A stretch of DNA of 64,000 nt, from the NCBI GenBank assembly GCA_964057225.1, contig OZ059894.1:8804001-8868000 (forward strand), read 5' to 3'. Below are positions 12,673-24,654 of this stretch, piece by piece. The translations under genes and the position numbers were made by a program. The notes beneath the pieces were generated by a model. That model made no database searches and had not been told where the DNA came from. It worked only from the letters and a program-made list of their open reading frames with translations. How positions within the stretch are numbered: the first letter of the stretch is position 1; every line of letters begins with the position of its first letter. The stretch comes from Auanema rhodensis. Lineage: Eukaryota; Animalia; Nematoda.

Positions 12673-14980
12673 TTATAAATTGGATGCCGTACTTGGATTT
12701 GTGGCACTGAAAATAAGATAAATAAGAAAATTCCAGAATTTCAAATAAAGGCATGAATAAAGTTGAAAAGAACTAAAAAAAAGTTTTACCTATATAACGT
12801 GTTGGAATAAGGTGTATAGTCAGCACCCATTGAGGTTGAATACGCACTAGGATACATTGATGAGTAATCAAAGCCAGCCTATAAAAATTGAATTACAAAC
12901 TTGAATGAAGAATCCCTTATTTTTTATTTTATTTTCACAGTTAGATATCCTGTATCCTCATCATGCTTCTGGCTATGTTTATCCACCTGGATATCCAGGA
13001 GCATCTGCCGTACACATGAACATACAGATATTGTTGAAAAAACTGCCAGTCACTTGTCAAAAGTATTCAACAAGGAACTAGTAGTTTGAGAGAATATTTG
13101 GGAAAAAAAGTAAAATTTTAAGGATGAGGATGATGATAATGATGATGATGATAGCTAACAAACCTTATTATCCATGATGGTGTTGATGCTGAATGCTGAT
13201 TGCGTCAAGCTAGGTAAGGCTGTTGAGTTGTTGAAGTCTTGGGAATACAGCATGCTGTTGTAATTGTAGGAGCCAAGCTGCAACAACAAAAATAATAAGT
13301 TCAAGTCCATAGGTTTTTGAACATTTAATTTCAATTTTTGATTTTTAATAGTATAGTTTATAGCATAGAGAAAGAAAAGAACTTCTGACTCTAAGTCCAG
13401 TCAATCAATTCTACTAGAACAGGCCTTGTTTGGTTTGCCGTTGTTCCTTTCGATGTCTACCGTACACACACGCACACACACACATACACATACAGCCATA
13501 CAGCCATACACACAAGTCAATTAGGTGTCAGGTATTACGCAATTTTATACGGTTTTAGATAGGTTATACAAACGTAAAAACGCGTTTTCTCTCAGTAATC
13601 ATCTGCACGTTGTGACTCCTTCTAACTCTCTTAGTACAGTATATTGCTTCTTAGCATTACTTACCGTTGGATCACTCATTCCAGCTGTTGAAATGACGGA
13701 ATTAGCTTGGGAAAGGGTGACTGAAGATTGGGAAATGGGCTGCATATGATCAGATCCTACGAGAGACACGTTTTCCTGAAGAAAAGTTGAATGATTAGAC
13801 ACATAAACTGATCGAATATATACCTGAAGTGCTAATGGGTTGTACTCGTCAGAAATTTTGTCTGATTCGAGTTTCATGGAATAAATTTTCTCAGATTTCT
13901 GACTTCCAATAGACGGTATACTAGTAACGCTTGGAGTGGTGCTAACTAAAGACTGATCGCTTAAGCTCTGCTCCGATGGAGCTCCTGAGTTGGAATCTGT
14001 TGAGGATTGGCCGGATGACTGATTGGCTGATTGCTGATTCTGTTGGTTCTGTCCAGATTGGTTTTTCTGAAAATACACATCATTCGTAACAATACTGATC
14101 CAATTTTCATGAGAATCTATTCGCATAAGAGGAAATTGAAATGAATAACGAACCTTTTTTCTGCTTGGCTCTCGTTCCCTAACCTTGAACCTCTTCTGAC
14201 GACGTAAGTGGCAGCCGTTTTCAAACATATTTCCGCATTGGGGATGTAAAGTCCAGAATGATCCTTTTCCTGGCTTATCAGGAGTTCTAGAAATGAAGTA
14301 AATGATGATATGTTCTTGAATAAAGAAAAGTTTTACCTTGGAACTTTGATGAAACAATCATTGAAGGACAATGAATGTCTGATAGAGTTCTGCCAGCGTT
14401 GTTGATTGGTCTCATAGTAAGGGAAACGCTTCATAATGAATTGATAGATTTCATTTAAAGTGAGCATCTTATTATCAGACATCTGGATAGCTCTAGTGAT
14501 GAGTGAGATGTAAGAATAGGGAGGCTTGCTCTTTCCATACCCTCCTTCGCGTTCAATTTTTTTCTGAAAAAAGGTGGAAATGAGAAATGACTTGTTACTT
14601 GTATTATCTTACAAATTCTTCATCGGTAAGATGAACTTCTTCCTGTGGGCCGAGATAGTCTCTGACCCCACGTGACACAGACACGGTTGGTACTGGCAAG
14701 GAGGAGGACCGTAAGGCTGCAAATCAATAGTTAAGCTTCATATATGATTGAAGGGAATGATAATGTTTGTAAAGAATAGAGAAAACTTACGATTATGTCC
14801 AGATGAAGATCCAATGTTATATCCAGTATATATAGAACTATTCATCTGAGCTGGTGTTGAGTTATACTGATATCCATATCCCAAAGGATTTAATGTATTA
14901 GTTGGATAGGTATAGCTTGGATATGTAACTCCATTTGTGGTATACGAAGGTAACACGGATAAGTAGTCTTGGGTAGACAT
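12673..14980 (-). CDS. pha-4: FoxA/PHA-4 forkhead transcription factor, divergent tandem paralog (copy A), ~414 aa, intact
   Basis: Exons 14980-14791, 14716-14613, 14563-14337, 14286-14154, 14066-13824, 13775-13665, 13277-13164, 12878-12790 and 12706-12673 splice in frame via GT-AG introns. Protein: MSTQDY...[15 protein letters not shown]...[17 protein letters not shown]...[38 protein letters not shown]...[15 protein letters not shown]. Confidence 0.93.
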
Positions 14981-16798
14981 ACTGAAATGAAAAAATGAGA
15001 TTAAATGATGTTGGATAAGAAAATGAGAATAACAGAAGAATGAAAACACAACGAAAAATCGATTTGATGCTGAATATACGAAAAACAGTACTTCAAAGCA
15101 AGACATCGTCCAAGTAGAAAAGAATATTTTGTTGGTAACAGTCAGAGAAAAGCTGCATTCTGGAGTTATTGGCGCAGAAGACGAGACAGAAAAGAAAATG
15201 AATTTGAAAATAGAGGAAAGTAAAGGTGAAGAAGAATTGCGACTGTAGCTGTGCTAGAGATGGGGAAACGAATACTAGAAGACCTTGTTGATTCTCATTG
15301 TAATCGTTGACGTATGTGAATTGACGACGTCGAAACAATCGTCTGGCACGCTGATCGAGTTTCGTTCGTTCATCTGTTGCTCTTTTCATCGTCTATACTG
15401 GACGAGTGTAGAAGAAGCCGAAAGCTGAGTGTGTTACCTGCTCTGACTGAGAAACGAAAGAAGAAAAAGAGAGAGCTAGCTGTGTTGAATGGTTTGCAGG
15501 AGAAGTAGAGAAGAACAGGAAAACGGTTGAGAGCAAGAGAAATGACTGAATGATGCAGGGAAAAATTCGGAAAAGAAGGAAAAGAAAGAAGAGAAATAGA
15601 TGAGACGAATGAAAGGGAGACAAACAGACATCGTAGACTACAAGAAATCTGAAGGCACAAAAGGCCTGAGCAATACACTGCCGACGTTTCTACAAGGCTA
15701 CACACATCACATCACATCACAGTACATCTTGAGAAAATGAAGATAAAAGTTTAGAAAAAGCTTATATATATGAATGAGAACAATAAAGTTCTGATGAAGA
15801 ATGAGTAGGTTTTTGCAAACCGAGGAAGGGAATCAACAAGGAAGGAAACAAGCTGATTGTGGTTGTACGGTTTATATACTTGCTAAGCAAGGTTCGATAA
15901 CGAAACCCATAGAAAAATCTTTGATAAAAAAACTTTTAGCCTCATATCAGGAAGCAATTATGGTACTGGAAACGTTATACAGCAAGAGAAGCAGATGTAA
16001 GTTCATAGTAATTCAGATGATAGTTGAATATATGCTAGAAATATTTCAAAAAAGCTTTCAATTTGCAATGGTTTACACTCAACAAAGATGGTTTTGTCAA
16101 GAAAAAAGAGAGAAAAAACGAGAGAGAATGAAGTAGAAAAACGGAAAGCAAAGAACTAATGATGTATAGTAAGCAACTTGAGCGTAGAATAATTGAAATC
16201 GCCGTGAAACTTTATGTAAAGTCTAGGTGTTAGAAATAGAAAAAAATTATTGAATTTAAGAAAAACAATGCAGAAAACAGAATTTCGGAACAGGAAGGAA
16301 TGAGAAGGAGGTAGTACCGTCGACACGTCATCGGATAGCAGGCTTTACTCTTTTAGATTGACAGAAAAGTTTGGAAAACTGCAAGTCAGAATCGGATGAC
16401 GACGCCTACGATGATAAGAGAACTGACGGAGGGGTCCTCGTGCTAAGACAAGTAGAGCTCAGCTCACCTCCATCTCTTTCCCGTTCTCGTTCTCCCACAA
16501 CCACCTAGTCGGTCGTCTTCTCCTCCTCCTCCTCCTCCTCCACACCCATCTCCTCGGCTAAGCTCCTCCCTCCTACAGTAACCGTCGCGGGCTGAGGCTG
16601 GTCGCTGGCCCGTCTATAGCCCCACCCCAGTGCACAGCAAGATTTTCTATGCTATATATAAGACCACGCCTCAAAATCGCAAAAAAAACGAGAAAAAATG
16701 AGTGAGAAATGAACTGCATGCCATTAGAATCTTAATTTCACATGGCTGGTCAGCTGGACAGATAAAAACGGGGGAAGTCCTGGAATCGATATGCCCGC

Positions 16799-16889
16799 TT
16801 CAGGAAGGCTAACGATGCAAATATTTGACCAAACAAACACGGAGGCATGAACACAAATATTGCTCGTCTTGCGTTTACTTTTCCGAATT
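16799..16889. promoter_or_regulatory. 91 bp element upstream of pha-4 copy A with three PHA-4 consensus (TRTTKRY) sites
   Basis: Identical to 21767-21857 while the flanks are unalignable. Contains gcaaata, acaaaca and acaaata (TATTTGC, TGTTTGT and TATTTGT on the minus strand). Confidence 0.7.
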
Positions 16890-17713
16890 TTGCACTTCCT
16901 AATTTGGAAGAAGAGATGGCATTTCCTTTAGACACGAGTAGAAGCATATGAAAGATAATAGAAAACACATACAAAATAGTCATGACAAATGAGGAAAAGG
17001 AAGAAAAGGAAGAAAAAGAAGAAAAAGAAGTGTTATCATACATGATTACAAAACATTCATAAAAGAAATGATAAAATAATTATTAAAAGGAAGAGTTAGG
17101 TAAAGAAATAGTTAGTGACAAGGAACTGAACTTTATCATTTAATGCGATAAAATAATTGATTTCACAAAAAAACATTCAACGGTTCGTAAACAGATGTGG
17201 AAAATTTAAAATATGGACGAAAACATATTGAGAACAGCTTAATTTCATCAGAAATAAATCAAGAAATTGAAAATAGCCTCATATTTTCTCTTCCTCTCTC
17301 TGTAGTGTGCTTCTAACGTCATGAATGCTCGTCCAATATTGCTAAAGAAACCTCCCTTCTTTCTCTCCCTCCCTCTCTCTCTCTCGTTCTTTACGCTGAG
17401 CCGTGAAGCTCCGCCTTATTCTACAATGACGTCAGCCTCCATTTGTCGTCTGTGTCGCAAAATCCTACAACGTTATACGTGGTGCCCGTCAAGTGAGCAG
17501 AAGCTTAAGTTTCGCGTTTGACTCAGGTTCCTGAACCACTTCAATACCTGATAGATTAAAGCCATCAATCTGATTGAAAAGCGAGTTGTCCTTTCAGTAC
17601 ATTTTTGTGTTTTTGTATTTTCCTTGTAGCTAACAGGCTTTGTACATTGCATAGAGTGTTGTTTCTGATATTTTTGTGATTTACGAAGAAAAATAAAATA
17701 AAATATTAAATCT

Positions 17714-17719
17714 TTTATT
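17714..17719 (-). terminator. Probable polyadenylation signal of pha-4 copy B
   Basis: AATAAA on the minus strand in the same context (plus strand ttttattgcacataa) as in copy A. Confidence 0.6.
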
Positions 17720-18142
17720 GCACATAACGTGTTCTTTAATATCTCTAGCATTGAAAAATTAATAAATATGCATATCTGGGAATATTTTCAACCGCACAAA
17801 CAAAAATAATTTGGGTGATGATAGATGAAAATTAGAAAAAAAAGAAACAAAGAAGGATGAAAAATACAAAATATTATTTCAATATTATAGGAAGTGAAAG
17901 AAAATTTGAGAGTTCAACAGATAAAGATGGATGTGATTTGTCCAAAATGTATTATCAGATTTCATGTAAAACTGAATGATCAAGAGATGCGGATGAAGTT
18001 AAGACAACAAGGTTGCAGCTTCTTTCCTATATATCTAAACATTGTTTTATAGAATAGACCTATGACCAGGAGAAAGATGATAGTTATGCTGAAGAAATAG
18101 GAGGGAAGGACGGCTGAAGAACAATCTGATTTGTGCGATTTT

Positions 18143-18733
18143 CCTGAAGAATCACAACCTAAGAAGACTTGTGTGTACACGAGATAAAAGTTGTTTTTTG
18201 TAGTTTTTTTGAAAAAAAATTGAAGAAAATTCAACGATGAATGAATGAGAATCACAATAAGAATCAACAATAAAAGGAAGAAAATGAAGATTATTATGAA
18301 AATTTCTATATTAGGCATAAGGAGACATGAAGACAGATGGGAGGAATCACCACGAAAAACCGTAAACAGAGCGAATCGGATGATGATAAGTACGGAGATG
18401 ATGGAGAAATGACAGTTGTAAAGACAGACTTTAGATGGTTACACGATCTATGCTCTTGCTTCTCGGCTTATAATCCACTTCATAAGGCACTGATCATGTG
18501 AAAAGGCTTTAAGCTTCATAATCAAGCTCTAACTTCACTACTGAGTAAAGTGATTATAAACTGAAGAAAGACAAGAAATAGAACATAGATCGGCAACTAA
18601 GGCATCATGTGAACCAGTGAGAAGTATATATATTGATTGATTGTTTGTTTGTTTATTTATTTGTTCGATTGTTTATCAATCAAATCAACAGCTGATCGAG
18701 TGTCTCAGCTTATTTGTCTATGTACAGATAGGC
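18143..18733 (-). repeat. 591 bp 3'UTR tract of pha-4 copy B, identical to 12066-12656
   Basis: Direct repeat, as described for 12066-12656. Confidence 0.93.
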
Positions 18734-18807
18734 TGCCTATGTGAACATCAGTCTCACTCTCAGTAGGTTGAGGAAAGTTCGTTGACGTAGAGTTGATTTC
18801 CATTTAT

Positions 18808-21800
18808 TCACAGGTTTGAAGCCGTACTTGGATTGCTGGCACTGAAACAAATCAAATAAATTTGAATTAAATAAGAAAGTTCATGAATAATATTTGTTTT
18901 AATATTGTAAAATCATAAGTTATAAGTATGTAAAAGCTAATTTACTGATATTCTTATATAAAATTTAAAAATCATTTTCGAATACTAACCTATATAATGT
19001 ATTTGGATAAGTCGTATAATCTCCTACAGCCGATTGATACATATTCGGATAAACACCAGGATAATCAAAATTCTGAAAACAAAAAAATGAAATGAGTTAA
19101 GTTGGTGGAAATAAGCTTAAGCTTATGCTTATAAGTATGCTCTTAAAAATTACCTTAGCATCAACAAGTGTGTTAATGGAAAAAGCTGACTGTGCCAATC
19201 CAGGTAATGTATTGGCTGCCGAAAAATCTTGTGTATACAGCATATTGTTGTATTGATAAGGATTAAGCTGAAACATTGATATATAAGTAAGTTGTTGATG
19301 CTGATGCTTAAAATAGGTTAGAAACTTAAAAACTTACCGGTGTATTGCTTATACCCACTGATGATATGACTGAGGTGGCCTGAGATAAGGAGGTGGTTGG
19401 AGATGAAAGTGATATAGGTTGAAGCTGTTGATTCTGCCCATCGTCTTTCTGAAAAATTTTGAAATATATCTATTCTAGGCTGCGAAAATACTAACCGTTC
19501 GACTCTGTTGAGTTGGCTGGCCTGTTGGTGTCGTTGATTGTTGTTGCTGTACATGAACTTGAGAATCGAGATCACCCTGACTACCAGGCACTTCTTCAAT
19601 CTTTGGTTCAAGCTTCACTTTTCCATATTCATCATCATTTGCACCATTCTCAATATTGAGCTGTTGCGTTTGTGACTGAATTTGGCTATTCTTCTGAAAA
19701 TAGAGAATGAATGAGAAAACTAGGAGACGTTGAATAGAGGTGAAGAGATTCAGATGAAGTGCTACTTTGAGATTTTTTTGTATAGATGATGCAAAACGAT
19801 ACGACAAATTTAAAAGAGGTTGTTGTAATGACCATTCCGACTGGCACTACTCTGACAAACGTTTTGAGGGCATGATGCTACGTTAAAAATTCTGAGACTT
19901 GCTGGCCTCTTGTAACCAAGACATATGTAGATATTATAGGGGGTAAAGGAAAAGTTGTTCAAACAATGACCAACCTTCTTTCTGCTTGGCTCTCGTTCCC
20001 TAACCTTGAACCTCTTCTGACGACGTAAGTAGCAGCCATTCTCAAACATATTTCCACACTTAGGATGTAAAGTCCAGAATGATCCTTTTCCTGGCTTATC
20101 AGGAGTTCTAGAAATGAGGTAAATGAGCTTAGTTCAAGTGAATGTCAGGCTTTTACCTTGGAACTTTCAAGAAGCAATCGTTGAAGGACAATGAATGTCT
20201 GATAGAATTCTGCCAGCGTTGTTGATTGGTCTCATAGTAAGGGAATAGATTCATAATCCAAGTATAAATTTCAGATAGAGTCAATTGCTTATTTTCAGAA
20301 TGTTGAATAGCCATAGTTATCAAGCTGATATACGAATAAGGAGGCTTTTGGTTACCGTAGCCATGACGTCGGAACTTGTTCTAAAAGAAAATCACATTAA
20401 TACTTGTTCTTCTTCGATTTGAAAGTCGTCATGAAATAGATTAATCGAATGGTTGTTTCATATTAAATGGAATGAATAACGATACCAATGAATTACTATC
20501 ATAATAAGTTTTTAACACATACAACCATCAGATTTAGTAAAAGAAAGACTTACATATTCAGCTGTAGTCAAGTGAACTTCTCCATTCTGTGATGGATATG
20601 AGTTACTTCGTGAGGACGATGGTGAAGCTGTTAATGTAGCTGATGCGCTATTAGGAGTGCCATTAGAATTTGCTGTTGATCGTGGAGCTGAATTTACAAC
20701 TATAAGAAAAAACAAACAAAAATCAATAAAAACGAAGTAACAAACATTAAAAAAAACAGTTTTTATTAGGTAAATAACTTACTTATTGGTGAGATGCCAG
20801 TAGTTTGCATGTTAAAGCCACCATATGAGCTATTCATCTGAGCTGGTGTTGAGTTATACTGATATCCATATCCCAAAGGATTTAATGTATTAGTTGGATA
20901 GGTATAGCTTGGATATGTAACTCCATTTGTGGTATACGAAGGTAATATTGATGAGTAGTCCTGTGTTGACATTCCCTGAAACGAACATCAGTACTTTGCA
21001 AACGAAATGTTTGGAAATGTTTGATTAAGGAATGAAGCAATAAAAAGACAAAATTTTCACACAAATTCATTTGCAATTTGAGAAATAAAAAGTTTTTTAA
21101 TGGACTTGTTGAAGAAAATTTAGATTATAAAGCATAAAAAAATGTTTTTTTTTCATGTTGTTATTGTCGATTCAAAGATTCAACAAATCAACGAAAAAAT
21201 AAATAGAAAAATGGATGTTGAAGCCCATCATAGGACATTGGCAATATCTAACTAAAAAGAAATATTTAAAAGAAATAAATAGAAAATGAAACGTTAATAG
21301 TCAGAATACTTATTGATTCTTTTTGATACTTTTAACTTCATTCAACACTCATATAAGCTGCTGATTTTGGATATTCGATTGTGGTTCACTACTGCTCAAG
21401 TGGTTGGCAGAATTACAATCTATCGAATGAGGAAAGAGGAACGAGATGGAAGAGAGACGAGGCGGGTCCCGGTGCCGAGTCCTCTCGGTCCCACCCTCAG
21501 CCCCCCCCTCTCTCTCTCCCCCTAGCCTCGGCGGCAGGCTCCACCCCCTACCGTAACCGGGCGAGTATGGCTGGCTGGCCTTGAGACGTGTGAGAGACGT
21601 TAGCTTGGGTGTAATAGAGTTATGAAAAATGTTTTTTTTTAAATTTAAATTTGGATTAAGAATAAGAGAATAATAGAGAAATATGTAAAGAAGAAATGAA
21701 ATGGATATGGAGAAGATGATGAGATCTGCCGGGGTGGTCTCGAATAAGGCGTCGATCGAAATGCGTTTCAGGAAGGCTAACGATGCAAATATTTGACCAA

Positions 21801-24654
21801 ACAAACACGGAGGCATGAACACAAATATTGCTCGTCTTGCGTTTACTTTTCCGAATTATGTACTCTGTTCTTCCTAATTAGGTAATCTTCAAAAAGATAA
21901 TGATTGTTTGATAAGTATGTGTAGTTGATATGACGGTAAATCCATAAATGCAGCTACTTTTCGCGGAAAAAAAGTAAATGAAAGAGGAGAAAATGATTGA
22001 AGAAGGATATCCCAAAAGAAGAAATAATTTCTTTTCGATGTTCTATGTAAACAAAGTAGGTGAAAAAATAAATATTTTCTTTATATTTCTGCCAGAAAGA
22101 AAAAAAACTTAAAAGAAAACAAATTAGATAAAAGATATTATTATTAAAATAATAATATTAAAATTAAAAGAAATTCATAAAAGAAAAAAACGAAAAAGAA
22201 TCATTTGAAAGGTTTCAAGCAAAACCTAAAAACATTTTGTACAGAATGAAGGAAACGAAATGGAAAGACATAAACGATAGAAGAGCTCGTGTTTTTGTAT
22301 TCGTTATGGAGAAGAATATAGAGAACACAGGTGCAGAAAAGGAAAAATCGAAGGAACAAGCTTGGCTAGGCAGGAGGACCTATGCTTATATGTTATAGAC
22401 GACAACGACGAGTAGTAATCGTGCGATAAGACGCTGAGAATTGAGTCTCAGGTCTCTCATTGTCTCTATTACATATCGTTTTTTATTTTTTTTTGATTTT
22501 CTCTCTCCATTTCTCTCTCTCTCTTTTTGGTAGTTGTAATGATGCTGCACAACGGATAGGACAATCATAATGTTGTGGAGAATTTAGCTATCAAAACCTT
22601 CATATTTTCAAACTTTGCATTGAACCTATCAGTATCGTCATTGTATTCTTAATATCTGAACATCTTCTTTGGCGGCAGATCAAAGAATTAAGAATCATTT
22701 GAAGAAACGATGGAAGTAAACGACAAGTAGCTGTGAACAACTTCAGGTTTATATATAGAACGTTGTTGATTCGGTGAATCAAGATGCCTTTAAAGCCTAG
22801 GTCAAAAAGGACTGATCTTGGAGTGGGTGATAGGATAGATGAGTGGGTCGGTATAGAGAAGACGATAATATAGAAATCGTATATGGTAGTTGGAAAAAAA
22901 TACAAATGGGCCATGTATATTGAAGTACAAACACTTTGTCTGCCGATGTACAATGGCATTACACTAGATGAGAGAAGTCAAGAGATTCAGAAGCTCAACC
23001 AGAAGAGGAAAACTACAATGCACACCTAGTCCTGACTACTTTTTGTCGCTTACGTGTGCTTCTACTGGTCGACTAAGAAAAACAGATGATTAATCAGGAA
23101 AATAAGAAAAACTGTAATATTATCGTAAACAAGATTTTTTCTTGGTTTATACTGACGATAGAGAAGATTTTTTCTATTCTTGTCAAAAACTTTGTATAAA
23201 AAAATGGAAAAAGCTGTGAATGAATAGAATATCAATTAATATAAAAAAAAAGTTAAATAAAACTAATTATTATTAATAATAATAATATTATTATTATAAT
23301 TTTAATTATAATAGTTGGCTAATAAGAGGACAAATTCAAAAAAAAAGACAAAGAAAAACATTGAACCACTGATATTGCTGGGAGGTACAGTGAACGTCTG
23401 TATGTATGTTGTATATGTTCGATAGATAGAAAGGACGAAAAACCTCACTAGCTTGAATGAAAACATATTTTTCTCTGCGTTGCTCAATGGTCTCAAAGCA
23501 GCATCTGTTCAACCTGATTCTTATCAGTGATGGTCATAATTTCAAATCTGAGTGAAATTGAAATAAACTACCGGCACATGAAGTGACCAAAACAGGCCGA
23601 AGATTACGAAGACACAGAAAATAGACTACATGACTTTTTGAAATGTCAAATGTTTGAAACAGTAACTCTTGATGAGACTTATTCAAAACTAATCTGATGA
23701 TTTATAGATCTGTATTATGAAGTATTTTGAGATTATTCCGACAATAGATATCTTTTCGTATTCTAAAAACTCTCGTTTTCGTTTCCGGGACCACAAAAGC
23801 TCAAAATATTTCTTAGTACTTTCGTTTTGCTATTCATTTCTTTCTCTCTTGATATCATGAAAAGCCTGCAGGCCCTGCTTGCTATGCACCAAATAAAAAG
23901 AAATGAATATGAGAAGACCAAATCGATTCGGTTGCTTCGTTGGTTTCATCTGGAGGGGACCCTGAAAAGCCGTCCTGTTTCCCAGATTCAAAGCTTGAGC
24001 TGGGTAGGCCAATCTGAGGTTTCATTCGTTTAAGACCATCAAGCAAGCTAGAAGGACTAGAAAGGAAAGAGATACGATGAAATAAACAGAGAAGTGATGC
24101 TATAGATGGAAGAAAAAGTAAAGCAAAACAACAAAAAAAGTATTGTTAAAAGAAAAAAATTGAAGAATCATCTAATTTAGAAAGAAAAGCATTGAGATTT
24201 GATAAAATTAACGCTAAAATGAAAATGTAAAAGGTATATGAGGAAGTAAATATAAAAAAACATGCAGAGTTCTAATCTTAGATTAGAGAAATGGCCCTGA
24301 TATCAAGCGGTCAAACAGTTTTTCGACCCATAGATAGTCTATTATTCTCCTTTCCACATTCATCTCTATGTAATCTTATCATACATGACATAGCCTCAAT
24401 ATGATGTTTCATTATCACTCATGCAATAAAGAAAAACTTTAGATAGTCCTAGCAGATTATAAAAGAATGAGACAATTTTTGAACTTTTTCTATATTTTCT
24501 ATCTATTTTGAGGGTTTTTTTGATAAATAAATTTAAAAATAACAATAAATATAATATAAAGTTTTGATGAACAAACCTGTATAATGGTATTTTGATAGAG
24601 TGACGTTGCATCGGCCACCGAAGTGGTTGGTGTGAGGCTGCTGTTCTGATTCAT
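18808..24654 (-). CDS. pha-4: FoxA/PHA-4 forkhead transcription factor, canonical copy (copy B), ~433 aa
   Basis: Exons 24654-24577 (MNQNSS...TIIQ, phase-0 join inferred), 20975-20783, 20687-20554, 20380-20157, 20107-19975, 19693-19496, 19448-19338, 19267-19154, 19072-18990 and 18841-18808. The forkhead domain [62 protein letters not shown] and the C-terminus [15 protein letters not shown] are PHA-4 signatures. A shorter isoform could start at ATG 20972. Confidence 0.95.
21767..21857. promoter_or_regulatory. 91 bp element in intron 1 (or internal promoter) of pha-4 copy B
   Basis: Identical to 16799-16889. Confidence 0.7.

Noticed and set aside
11957-18318. Duplicated hydrophobic ORFs MPNIEIFIIIFIFFLLLL... 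(11957-12241 and 17980-18318) as a small membrane protein
   Set aside because: They lie in the U-rich pha-4 3'UTRs, where such translations are a compositional artefact, and the two C-termini are unrelated beyond the identical tract.
11926-18807. let-7 sites in the pha-4 3'UTRs (known regulation in C. elegans)
   Set aside because: No canonical CUACCUC seed match seen in either UTR; G:U-containing sites cannot be excluded by eye.
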